DNA of 64,000 bases, filler included, from Basidiobolus ranarum (taxonomy: Eukaryota): the NCBI GenBank assembly GCA_040143965.1. It is 5 parts of 5 records of this genome, joined end to end, with 100 filler letters (N's around TTAATTAATTAA, not from the genome) between each part and the next. Parts side by side here need not be neighbours in the genome. Positions count along the whole stretch, not along the records: positions 39,513 to 52,546 come from JASJQH010000507.1; positions 52,647 to 64,000 come from JASJQH010000619.1; 3 more parts are not named here. The stretch is one strand, 5' to 3'. The notes beneath the pieces were generated by a model. That model searched no databases, was not told the origin of the DNA, and was given only the letters and a program-made list of their open reading frames with translations. This document shows, piece by piece, positions 41,242 to 53,391 of this stretch (within the stretch, counting starts at the first letter, position 1; every line of letters begins with the position of its first letter). Both the position numbers and the translations under genes were made by a program.

Positions 41242-44075
41242 ATGTCTAATGCTTACAAGAAATCTCTAGGTTCCATGAAGACTCAATGTATGGACATCGC
41301 AGTAATTGGTATGGCTTGTCGCCTTCCAGGAGGGGTGGAGAATTTAGAAATGGTATGGGACCTCATTTCTGGAGGTACGACCCCTATTTCAAAGTGTGTC
41401 CTCAATAATGCAAGTACCCAGGAACAGGTACGTTCAATAGGAACTAAGTTTAAATAATCCTGGTCACCCAACTTTACTTATTTTTGTAGATAGCTAGCAC
41501 TGCCCAATCTCTTACCAATGATATTTCTCTTTTCGATGCTGATTATTTCTCAATGACATCCAAAGAGGCAGAGTCCATGAATCCTCAGCACCAAATTTTA
41601 CTTGAGGTCATGTACGAATCTTTAGAAGCGGCTGGTATCCCAATGGAAAAGGCTATGGATACCGAGGCGTCATGCTTTGTTAATGAGAAGTTGTCTCAAA
41701 ATGAAGTAGCTATCTGCAAAGCAACTGAGCTCAGTCACTCATTGGCAGTAAATCGGATATCTAAACTTTTGGATTTAAAAGGTTACTCGGTAGTTATGGA
41801 TACCTCGTCATCCCTGGCCGCTCTTCACTTGGCAGTTCAAAGCCTTAGAACTGGCAAAACTAAAATGGCCCTGATTGGAGACTCTCAACTAGTGATGGGT
41901 CCAGACATTCTTGGGTATGGATATTCTTTCATGGTTCTTGAGCTGCACATTGCTCATACTTACATACTTGGTTCTCTTTCATGTGATAGCTATTCTCATG
42001 GGGAAGGTGTTTGTAGCATTATTCTAAAATCCCTGAATGATTCAATTCAAGATGCCAATCCAATCTTAGCTGTCATTCGCAACAATTCATTGAGTTCAGA
42101 TGAACCAACCTCTGGCACTACTGTCCCTTCGGCTAAAGCGCCTTCGCTATATCAAAATGTTGGGCCTGGTGATATAAGCCACTTGAAGAGTGATGCAGGT
42201 ATGGCAGGCCTGATTAAAGCAGTCCTATGTTTCAAGAACGGGAAAATTCCACCCAATCGGCATGTTTTACAACCAACCTCTAGTCTTGATGTTGATATAT
42301 GGAATATGAAGATTCCCACATCACCCGTAGACTGGCTCACCTATGTTGAGGCTGATACCACAGAAAATGGAAAGATTATACCGTGCCGTATGTCGGCTAA
42401 CTCCTTTAGTTTCCATGCCACTATCACTCATATAATTCTCGAGTGTGCGGAGCCTTACATAACCGAGAATGAATCCCCGACGACCCAAATCCCGCTGATC
42501 ATCCCTTTGATGGCAAAAACTAAGGATAGTGGAATGATGCTGCTGCAAAAATACAAACTGTTTCTAAAAGTACTATTATTAATCTCACTTTGTTGAATTT
42601 GAACCACATTGCTAACATGCCATTTTATTCACAGAAATTTCCCAAAACAAATATTTTAGACCTGGCTTATACGTTAGGATGCCGACGAACTTCTCTTCCC
42701 TGGCGTCATTTCGTCATAGCATCGACTATCGACGAAATAACTAAAGAGTATCAACAGTCAGCCTCAGCAAACTGGTTCAAAGTTAATTATCAAAACCAAA
42801 AGGCTTTGTTTATATTCAGCGGTCAAGGAGCTCAATGGTGGGCAATGGGCCGCGAGTTAATTATTGGATCTATGCTTGTTCGTATGACATTATTGAAGTG
42901 TGATAAGGCTCTGAAATCTCTGAAAGACGGACCGAAGTGGTCTATAATTAGTGAGACTTTGGAAATTTTGTACTTCATATTATTATTACTCATCTTTTAC
43001 CGTTGACTTCATTTTCTTAGAGGAACTTCTCAAACCCAGAACGGAATCCAACGTAAATTCTACACTTTATTCGCAACCTTTATGCACTGCTCTCCAAATA
43101 GCACTGGTTGACCTTTGGAAGAGTTGGGATATTGTCCCTTCGGCAGTTGTAGGGCATTCTTCTGGAGAGATTGGTGCTGCATATGCTGCTAATCTTATCT
43201 CGGTTGAAGATGCTATGGCAATAGCATACTATCGTGGCTTACATATGTCACAGTGTACACTCAAGGGCAGCATGTTGGCCACTGGTAAATCATTTATTAT
43301 TGTACTTGATATAACATCATCCCATTTTTAAGCAAGTCACTTCCTTCATACAGGCTTAACAATGTCAGAAGCGGAATCTTATGTTAACAGCTATGATGGC
43401 CGAGTATCTCTTGCTGCAATCAATAGTTTTAAAAGCACTACTCTATCTGGTGATAGTGATGCTATTGAAGAGATTCATAACACCCTCAAAGAAAGAAGTA
43501 TTTTTACAAGTATTCTCAAGGTAGACTTTGCTTTCCATTCGCATCATATGGTTCCCCTTAGTCTTCCTTATAAGGTAGCCCTAGAAAAATACGATCTTGC
43601 TTTATCATCACCAGGCAAAGTCAAAATGTTTTCTTCAGTTACTGGAAAGTTAATCACGAATGAGAAAGTGGACGCAACCTACTGGAAACGTAACATGATT
43701 TCCCCAGTTTTGTTTTTTAACGCAATACAATCAATGCTAGAATATACTAATGAGTCACAATCAACGATGAATGTCTTGGTTGAAATTGGCCCGCATTCAA
43801 CTTTTCGTAGTCCAATTAATCAACTCCTTTTAAATCTCGACCAGAAAAATAACACTATCGAGTATCTTCCTTCTTTAACTCGTGGTGAACATGCATTAAG
43901 AACGATTCTCGACGCGGCTGGGAAACTCTTTTGTTATGGGTTTTCTATAGATTTAGGAAAGATCAATTCTGTGGAGATGTTGGACGCTTCTACTGCTACC
44001 ATTTCCAGTAAGAAGGGCCATTGTCTTACTGATCTACCAACTTACGCTTGGGATCATTCGAAAATCTACGAATGA
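41242..44075 (+). CDS. Type I PKS-derived KS(inactive)-AT didomain protein
   Basis: Introns 41428-41489, 42570-42634, 42951-43020 and 43285-43353 give one open frame; [48 protein letters not shown]; stop right after LPTYAWDH. Confidence 0.85.
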
Positions 44076-44858
44076 AAGTTTTAGTATTACGGCGATGAGA
44101 TTTAACGGTAATAAAGATTTTGTGCAATGAACCTAGGAATCTTATTGTAGAAATGATAGACATATATATACGAATATTCGAAATTGAACAAAAAGCCCAC
44201 AATTTTAACTACAATTGTGCTTTGAATGATGCTTTAAATCTGGGCTTTTATTGGTTTATCAGGTTAAGACAGCAGAGATTATGAATAGCCATAAAATTCT
44301 TCAAGTAGGCCAATTTCATCAGTGAGTTTACCAACGATTAATACAGGCTGAGATAAGTAATTCAAGGATTGTCCAAAAATTGGCGGATTCTTGGAGCACA
44401 AATTGCAATATTTAGTGAAAAATAAATATTGGTAATCTTTCACTAGCGATATTTAGGGTTAGTTATTTTTATCGAACTTATGAAGGCCTCGTAGTTCAGT
44501 AGAAATTTGCTAATGGTGTTGGAAACAGTATGTAAATGCAAATGCTTACGTGTATGATAGAGATTACCTAAACATCGAGAGATACATCAATACGGTTGGT
44601 CCACACAGGCCATTGCAGTTGCTGATTAATACTAAATAATAACCGCAGTGAACCTTCGTTTGTTTTGATTGCTAGTATGTAAGCTGCGGAAGCCTTCAAA
44701 AATACACACCATCTATTGTTCAGTTTTTTTATTATCATCAGACCAACAATTCATCAATCGTAATAATTGGTTAATCTGTAGGCCACGTATCTTTAAATTT
44801 CCATATAAAAGTCATATCTTTGGAGCTACAAACTACAATCTGATTCTTCGAAATTAAC

Positions 44859-45792
44859 ATGACTACCCCACGTGTTTGGCTCATCACTGGCTGTTCCTCT
44901 GGCTTTGGCCGAGAGTTAGTTCAGGCTGCCCTGAATCATGGTGACAAGGTTATCGCAACTGCTCGTAACCCTGCAAAAATCGAAGATCTAGTCCAATTGG
45001 GAGCACACACCCTCGAACTAGACGTTACAAGTTCTCCATCCGAGTTGCGTCAAAGAATTGAGGAGGCTATAAAAGTCTATGGTAAAATTGACGTACTAGT
45101 TAATAACGCAGCCTATGTACTACAAGGAGGCATTGAGGAAGCTAGGTAAGTCAAAGAGTTCAGGATTAACATCAAATTTGGTTTTCATTTTACTGAACAT
45201 CTTGCTTTCTCACCATAGCTCTGAAGAGACTTTTGACCAGTTTAATACCAATGTATTTGGCCTGCTGAACGTTACGAGAGCTGTCTTACCGGAAATGCGG
45301 TCACGTAAATCTGGCACAATTGTCAATATAGGAAGTATTGGCGGGTGGAGGGGTACTCCGGGTGTTGGTTTATATTGTGCTACCAAATTTGCACTTGCAG
45401 GGATTTCAGAGGCTCTCCAAGCTGAGACCAAACATTTGGGTATTGATGTTATGCTTGTGGAACCAGGATATTTCCGCACCTCTTTACTACGTGGAGGAAA
45501 CAGCACATCTGCCTCGGCTCACATAACAGATTATGATGAGTCTATCGGACCCATTAGGAAAGCACTTTCAGATATCAATAATAAGCAACCTGGAGACCCT
45601 AAAAAAGGAGCTCAAGTCATTATTGATGTTGTTACGCAGAGTGGAGCTGCAAAAGGTCGCGGAATTCCAGTGCGACTTGCCCTAGGATCAGACGCACCTG
45701 TGGAGATAGAGAACAAGTGCAATTCAACACTGGAGCAGCTTGAGCTGTGGAGAGAGATTAGTAGTAGTACTGATCATGATGATGTAGCCTAA
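44859..45792 (+). CDS. Classical short-chain dehydrogenase/reductase, 2 exons
   Basis: TGCSSGFG, NNA, YCATK, EPGYFRT; intron 45146-45218. Confidence 0.93.
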
Positions 45793-48132
45793 TTACAGTA
45801 AACGTATTCGCATCATCGGAATATTCATAAATCTCATTCGGATTTGGAAAATCGTTTGCCAATTGCCATTCAAAATAAACAGAGCATAATTGATTGCTAA
45901 TTGTATTATTTCTACTATCATTGGACTTGGAAATCACTATTTCTAATGAATTTTGAGAAGCAGTTATAAAGATCACTAAACAGCTTTGGAGAGGGTATTG
46001 GGAGAGTATCATTAGAATGTATCAGAAGTATGTGGACTCTGACGTCTATACGCATCAAATTGTAGGTTGGTGTTTTGTTCATATCTCTGCTGTGTTTATG
46101 ATCATCATGGTTTGGTTTGGATACATATTTATGTTGGAATATATCTTTTGAGCTCTATTTTACATCATCAGCAACCCTGGTAACTCCCTAGCTCTAACAA
46201 CTTTATACCTGATTAATGAAGATCCACCAATTTAGCATCAAGCGGAGTAAAGTGTCACAACCGGTGATTGGATATTGTTTCAGCACAAAAAGTATGTTAC
46301 AGTCATGTTTCAATTTGTCCGAGATTTGCAATGGTTGAGATTAAGCACCATAAGCATTAAATTCGCCTCATAAGTCAATTCAATGTTTGACCATAGCTTG
46401 TCTTCCCTAAACTATGTATGACTTTGACCAGTTGCTCCTTTGTATATAATATATAACCTTGTGCCTTAGAATAACCCGCCCTTCCCCTCTAACGTTGTCA
46501 GTTATCAATCACTATAGGACATCTATATGGTACACTCCGCCATAGTACTACGAAAAATATATTTCTATCATGGCAAGCGAAACTGAGTTGAAACTCTAGA
46601 GATGCTGTCATGAATCCATAGCCTATATATATATATTCCAGGTAACCCTTTTCCTTATTTACTTCCAACAAAAAGAAGCTTAAAGCTTCAGGTAAGACAA
46701 GCATAAATTGACTGTTCTAATGCTGGTGTGGGTAAATTTACAAACCAATGATGAAGATACATTTGAGTACAAAACGCCATACAAATTGTGAAATACTTAA
46801 CTTGTGGATTTCATGGCTATGTATACATACTACGGGTACAAACCTCCTTATACTCATTCCCAAGAACTATATTACCTACTCACAAGACTTCCGATACATG
46901 CCATCTAAGAGCTCTTCTGAATCACATATAAGCAGCTGCATCGCTAGTATTTCCCTTATTCGCATTTATCCATAAGTATGGTCAGTTTCTGCATCTTCGC
47001 TCTTGGTACCTTGGCTGTAGAGGTATTATCAACATCGCTTGCTGAAGCTCAAAATCTAAAGTTGGATAATCGCTGTATTATCAAGCTCAAGGCTGAAGCC
47101 GACATTAATAAAGGTACGTGAGCTGTTCGGCACATGTTGGTGGCGTGAAATTAAGAAAGAAGCTTTCAGGCACCAGTATGGCTAGTCCTCATGTTATGAC
47201 GCGCTAATTTCATCTACAACCAAGGATATTTTGACTGACTCGACTGCAGTAATGATTCGCTGCTATGTGCCAGAAGTATTATACTTGTCTAATCACTAAA
47301 AACTATTCAAAGACGGTGGGAGCCATTGTTACAACTGTGTAGAAAAAAGGTAAATTCAGATGCCGAAATATACGATTGCTATAGGCTTGCATGATTACTA
47401 TAGTGTTACTCAACTACTACGAAATAGAAGGGCCAAGTATCTCTGGTTACAATACACTGAAAGAAGTAGTAACTGCTGATAATTGCATGGCTGATATGTA
47501 AGGAGTTATAGATGACTGCTTGGAGTTGAGTAAACGACTCTTTAGACGGTGGCCTATCCATTAATCGGATTTAGTATTTTGAAAGTCAAAGCCATTGCAT
47601 ATTAGTAACCATTGTATATCAGTATGATCACTTCGTTTATTTTGCTAGAGCTTCTTAGTTATCATATTGCATCATGTTTGTCTGAGATTAGCTCACTACC
47701 TTACTCACAAAATGCAATAGTTTTACTTCTTCTAGTTATCAAAATGCATACATCTTGTTTAAAATCAGAGTTAAACTCAAAGTAATTGTTCCAATGTGAA
47801 TATTCAGATAGTAGTAGAGAGACAGTGGGAGTTACAGAAATTTCTTTAACTGCTTTATTTAGTAGTTCATTCACTACATTTATAAAATATCATTCTGTTT
47901 GTTGTATTCAACTCCAGTTTTTGAAATATATAGCATACAAGGTTTTCTTTTTGTTAGAGTTACTATGGTTGTATTATGTTAGATTACATGGCTTCAAAAA
48001 CATAGCTACCTGATGATTCCTTATTCCATATATATTCCAATGATATAGATGCTATTCTTATCCAACTAAGTCAATGAGTATCTGTGAAGATTAGGGAGAG
48101 ATGAAAAGCGCCAAGTGGTATACAGTTTAGTA

Positions 48133-48195
48133 TTATGATCTTTATATTTAGGGTTAAGGTTATGATCTTATATTTAGGGTTAGGGTTATGATCTT
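48133..48195 (+). repeat. Short tandem repeat containing telomere-type TTAGGG units
   Basis: TTATGATCTT-TATATTTAGGGTTAAGG-TTATGATCTT-ATATTTAGGGTTAGGG-TTATGATCTT. Confidence 0.85.
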
Positions 48196-49426
48196 GTTTG
48201 TTATCTCCATCTTTATATACTTCACTATTGCATCCAACTTAGTTATCGTTGTGAGGGAAATATCACTTGGCGGAAAATCGGAATATTTATTTAGGATATA
48301 TGTGAACTATTCAAGAATTAGCCATGTGGAACCTGAAATTGACAATTTGTCTACATTGATGGCTCAATTTACTCCCACAGATGTTCTGAACACAACCCCA
48401 CTATTTCTTTCCAGTATATCCACCGAAACATATAAATCCTTTACTTCTGGTCAATTAGTAAATATCTCTCCAGCTTACAATATATCAATTTCTCAACTAC
48501 TCTTTTCCACCTCCATTCCTCACAACACAAATATAAAAAGTACCATGGTCTTGATTGCGTATAATTTAACTGGAGATTTCAACCGGTTCTACTCCAACCT
48601 TACGATTTTTATATGTGTGGTGGTTTGTTTTATTGTCTCTTATACCAACATAACCCAGAAGGGTAAGGTGGAGACATGTGAAAGCGTCTACTCGAAGACC
48701 AGCGACGACAACTGTAGTCCCAAGTTGATCTCGACTGGTCAGAGGATTAACGGCAGAAACTTTAATTACGAGATCTCCTCGGGGTCTTTCGAATATACAG
48801 ATACGTACAGGTTTAAATGTGCTTTTAGTAATGGTACCATCTCGGCATACCAGGCCATGACCCCTGGGCCGGATTTTAAAGTTCAGGCCATAATAAGTTG
48901 TGACTCCAAAAACGGGACATACTACCTCGAGATAGTAACTTCGGCCAACCGGGCTGCTGACAAGGTGATCAGGAGATACTATGAAGGCACTGTCATCAGA
49001 TCAGGGTTTACGACGGCAGAATGTCCTCAGCTTGGGTATGTTAAAGGATTTGAGTATTCCGAATATTATACGGATGTATATCAGGAGGATCGAAATAAGG
49101 TTCTGTATTATACGAATTCTACTTTGGCATGTAGGACACCTTGCGATGATGTGTGTACAGAATTTGTTAATAGTATATATGCGTTCATTAGAGAGGATTT
49201 AGATAACCTCAAAGTGCCAGATGTAGTCTACTTCTGTAAAAAGTGCGAGAAAATATGGAGACCTTGGAATAATATTTTATTCGACCTAGTTGTTGCCAAC
49301 ACATCCATCCTTGGGTTAACCTTTGGAGTCACGGTTTTTGTACTCAAGTACTTATTCACCAAGAGTATCAACTCTGACACTTTAAAATCCCAAGTTGAGG
49401 GTGGTAATATGTCTACCATAATATAG
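48188..49426 (+). CDS. Hypothetical intronless membrane glycoprotein with Cys-rich extracellular region
   Basis: 412-aa ORF; hydrophobic segments at the N-terminus, about aa 138-153 and near the C-terminus; many N-x-S/T sites and cysteines; family not recognised. Confidence 0.6.
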   Translation: MILFVISIFIYFTIASNLVIVVREISLGGKSEYLFRIYVNYSRISHVEPEIDNLSTLMAQFTPTDVLNTTPLFLSSISTETYKSFTSGQLVNISPAYNISISQLLFSTSIPHNTNIKSTMVLIAYNLTGDFNRFYSNLTIFICVVVCFIVSYTNITQKGKVETCESVYSKTSDDNCSPKLISTGQRINGRNFNYEISSGSFEYTDTYRFKCAFSNGTISAYQAMTPGPDFKVQAIISCDSKNGTYYLEIVTSANRAADKVIRRYYEGTVIRSGFTTAECPQLGYVKGFEYSEYYTDVYQEDRNKVLYYTNSTLACRTPCDDVCTEFVNSIYAFIREDLDNLKVPDVVYFCKKCEKIWRPWNNILFDLVVANTSILGLTFGVTVFVLKYLFTKSINSDTLKSQVEGGNMSTII

Positions 49427-51908
49427 AAATACAAACTACCCGAAAACTTACCAAAATGTATTCTGAGACAGTGCTTTTAAAAGTACCTCACAACTTTTTA
49501 AAAATCTTATCTCGAGATGTATTTCTAGAGCCGATCTTTGCACCCAGGTCTCTCCAAGGTCTGCAAAAAGATCTACTTTTATCTTTTTAAAATTTGCATT
49601 TATTATATTCCAGTGAAGAGTATTAGGTTCAGTCTACAAAAAACTGCTCAAACTCATGAACCAAAATATCGTTCACCGGTTTAAATACATTACCTCTGAA
49701 GGACATCTTTCCGATCATTCTGGATGCTCTACTTTCAGAAATCTCACTAAAGCTTGACACTTGTCTCCAGATCCGCATGCTCCTTTTCCCGTGATAATCA
49801 TTACTAGATGAGATAAGAGCCATTCTACCAAAAGTATCGTGAGCTCTTTCCAAAGTAGGGCATAGTTTTCTAAAAACAGATCAAATGTTTACATAGAGTC
49901 AGAGCTATGTTGGTTAGAAATACCCCCTGATCTATTCAAAACTCAAATACGTCCATGTTTCTTCTAACTATCCCAAATTCTTCTCGCAACTCTTCTAAAA
50001 CTACCTTGGCACTTTGGGGATAGTTTTCCACGTATGGTAAGGCACCAATGCTATCGCTGAAGAGTATTATGGTGGGCGATAGGACAAGTTGTGTTGTATG
50101 GTAACTGTCCTATCATCAAGACTCTAATCTTCTGAGGAGAGATAACTCTAAACATTCGGAAGATTTCATGAGTGAGGTTGAAAATCTATGTGTATCTTTC
50201 AATTGTGGCGAATATTGTCTTGAGTTACCTGTAGAGCCAGATGTAAGCGACCGAATAGTTCGTTGTATTTTGACCGCTAAAATTCAGTGATTCGAGTTCA
50301 GTAAAGTTGGTATTAACACCAAGGCTTTCTCGGGCTTTGAACTATCAGCAGTTTGAATATTCAGATGTATCCTGATGATTGGCAAAAGATTATCAAATTA
50401 TAGCACAACTATTTGACGAGAAGTGCTTTGTGTGAATGTATATGGCTCTTTACCGATACTATATGCTCGCGTAAGAAGACGGAAGTAGCTGCCGTATGAA
50501 TGATTTTCAATATCGTTCAAATTGTTGATGTAGTACAGGCCACGGGTTGGATGATTTTTGTGTTAATGAGGGCCTGTAGTAAATTCATGTTGCTGCTTGA
50601 TTGAGACATGTATAATATGCTAAATGTCCATAGATTACGAGGTAAGGTTAGTTGTATACCTCTATAGTCAGGTATGACATTAATAAAGCTTTTTACCTAT
50701 TTAGGAAATATTGATCACTACTTGTTTAGATGGCTGTTGTCCAATACATCTTTGATAAACAAATGTGATTGTTGGAATCATGATATTTCTTCGAGTGTTG
50801 CAACTATTAGGGTAACAATATATTTGTAACAATGGATTATTCTCACAGTTACCTGAACTTCTACCCAGACCATACATGTGACTGTTTTTACTTACATCTA
50901 TCCTAATAAATATTGCTTACCTCCGATGCCAACTGCCTTTGATACCTGTACACAGCTGTGATCTTAGCTAGCTACTAGTTCAATAAAGTGAAAGCATACA
51001 ATAGTGCTATCAGACAATATACTGAATATAGTAGAACTTCATGAAAGGTTTAGGGTTAGGGGTGGATTTCATTACTCATCTTTGGTGGCTTCATATCGAT
51101 CCTATTGACGCCACCACATCTTGATTGATTTCCCACATCTGATTATCGAAAGTGACAATACCCTAGATTCCAATAAGGATCTGGCCTGGAAAAACTTTGT
51201 TTCCAGATGAGTGCCATCCATCTTTGGCTGAAAATTAGCAAAAAGGTACTCCATCTGACTGTATATTACCTGTTTACTACTATAATTCCCATCAACACTT
51301 GAAACAAACCAATTGTTGGCTTGCTTGATTGCCGATATTGATCCATGGCTAGTATATTCTGTCCAATAAAGGGTTGGTGGTGAATTGCCGCCAATAACTC
51401 GCTATTATTAACAGGTCATTACAAGCTTAGGGTTAGCTATTCTCTCAAATGTAGAATTTGTATTGAAATAATATCAATTACTCCTTGCTAACATATTGTG
51501 TATGAAGCTAATTCCTACCCTGTGAGCAGTTGGATTGCAATTCGGAGATCCAACAAGTTATTTCGATATACCTTTAGGCTGATGTATTGAATGCATGAGT
51601 GTGGGCGTAGGGATTGAGTTTTGACATCAAATGAGCCAAAGGTTGCAGGAGAATGTGTCCTACCTTCAACAGCATTGGTAAATGATCAATTGTTCTTACT
51701 GACAGTTTCAATTGATACTGTCTCCGCATTTACAATTCCAATCACTTTAATATTTGTCACAAAGTAGAATTATTGAAACATTTTGGGCATTATTGCAAAT
51801 GGTTTGTTTGGAGAGTAAGTGGAATTTGTGGCCTTTACTAATCCATATATTGAGTGGGAAGTCAACAAATACAGTTTTGTCAAGTAGTAAACATTTGAAA
51901 GTATAAGA

Positions 51909-52247
51909 TGTTAAAGTATTTGGTAGCCTGTTGGAAGTGGTTTGGAGAATGAGAGAGATTGGTGGTATTGACTTATCAAACTATTGAGTAGAAAGTTGAC
52001 ATTTGTACTTTTTTCAAGATGTACATAAGCTAACATGTGGAATGCATTAAGCAAGGTCCCAGAAACATGTGTGCAAAGTTTGGGGCTTCATTGAAGAATC
52101 TTTACATGTGACAACTCCTAAGTTAGTGTCAATATTCTTAGTAAATTCTGATTGGGAATAATGGATAATATCTTAGGGAATTATAAGATAACTGAGTACT
52201 AAGCTATATATATCTATATAGGTGTTTAGGCAAAGCTAATTTCAACA
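51909..52247. mobile_element. LTR copy of the same family as the Fanzor-inserted solo LTRs
   Basis: TGTTAAAG...TTTCAACA, colinear with 18725-19072; no TSD (TAAGA/CTTAG). Confidence 0.88.
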
Positions 52248-52546
52248 CTTAGGGTTAGGGGGGAGACAGTCACCAATAGGTGAAATCTTTATTTCAAACA
52301 AAACAAAGAAGCCATAACTACTTTTGTAGTTTCTTAACTAATGTATGGAGATTAGGAGTATTGGTATGAATGTTGCAAAGTAGAAAAGTTAAGTTGGTAG
52401 AGTTTAAGACACTATCAAGTGGAGTGGGAGGGAGCAACAAAGGTAAAAATGGTTTGTCAACAATGGAAATTAGTGGAATGAGACTAGGATTAACATAAAG
52501 CATAAAGGGAGTATGTTTCTGAAGATATTGCTGCCAAAGGTCCACC

Positions 52547-52646
52547 NNNNNNNNNNNNNNNNNNNNNNNNNNNNNNNNNNNNNNNNNNNNTTAATTAATT
52601 AANNNNNNNNNNNNNNNNNNNNNNNNNNNNNNNNNNNNNNNNNNNN
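52547..52646. other. Assembly gap with linker
   Basis: N run with TTAATTAATTAA. Confidence 0.98.
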
Positions 52647-52647
52647 T

Positions 52648-52887
52648 TCACCTAGTTACTCACCAACTTCACCAAGCTACTCACCAACTTCTCCCAGCTA
52701 CTCCCCGAGATATTCACCCACTTCACCTTCATATTCTCCTAGATATTCACCTACCTCGCCATCCTATTGCCCTACTTCCCCTAGCTATTCTCCTGCTAAC
52801 AGCTATGGAAGTTTCCATATGCCAAGTTGTTCAGCCACAAATCAAATGTCGCAAGATGGAACTAAGGAGGCCTCTAAAAAACTCTGA
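52648..52887 (+). CDS. C-terminus with RNA polymerase II CTD heptads (RPB1-like; 5' part in gap)
   Basis: [52 protein letters not shown]...KKL*; synonymous codon variation between repeats. Confidence 0.8.
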   Translation, partial: SPSYSPTSPSYSPTSPSYSPRYSPTSPSYSPRYSPTSPSYCPTSPSYSPANSYGSFHMPSCSATNQMSQDGTKEASKKL

Positions 52888-53391
52888 CTTAAGAAGAATC
52901 AACTTTAACACAGATAGATCTTGTGCTCTCTTTCTTAAACTCAGAGTTCCATTCGTTCTCATTATCGTAATCAAGCTACTCCTAAGCTTCCTTTTTATGC
53001 ATAGACATGCATATACTTGGTTCCGACTGAAAGCTCAAAAAACTCCAGAAAATTCGTTACATATTCAAAAAAAAGCGCATAATCAATTGCCTATTTCCTT
53101 TCATATTTGCATACCGCTTATGTGTCCCCAAACTCACTTGTATACTATTAGAAAATATTGCCATTTTGCATTATCTTGAATACAATCAAGAATATATGCT
53201 ATGCTACTGTAACAAGGCTTCATGTGATTACCAGATCCACTTTACCCCTTTAATTAGAGTCATTGTTTCAATATATTTGATTTGTCCCCTCTCAGATACT
53301 GGAGCCTGAATATCTGTGTCCGCACGTGTCTTAATAACACTTTATATAACGACGACATCGTGAGAGGAAGGGAATTTTATACTTATTCAAA

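Noticed and set aside
52805-53179. 124-aa ORF in the track
   Set aside because: Out-of-frame shadow of the CTD-tail ORF plus its 3' UTR
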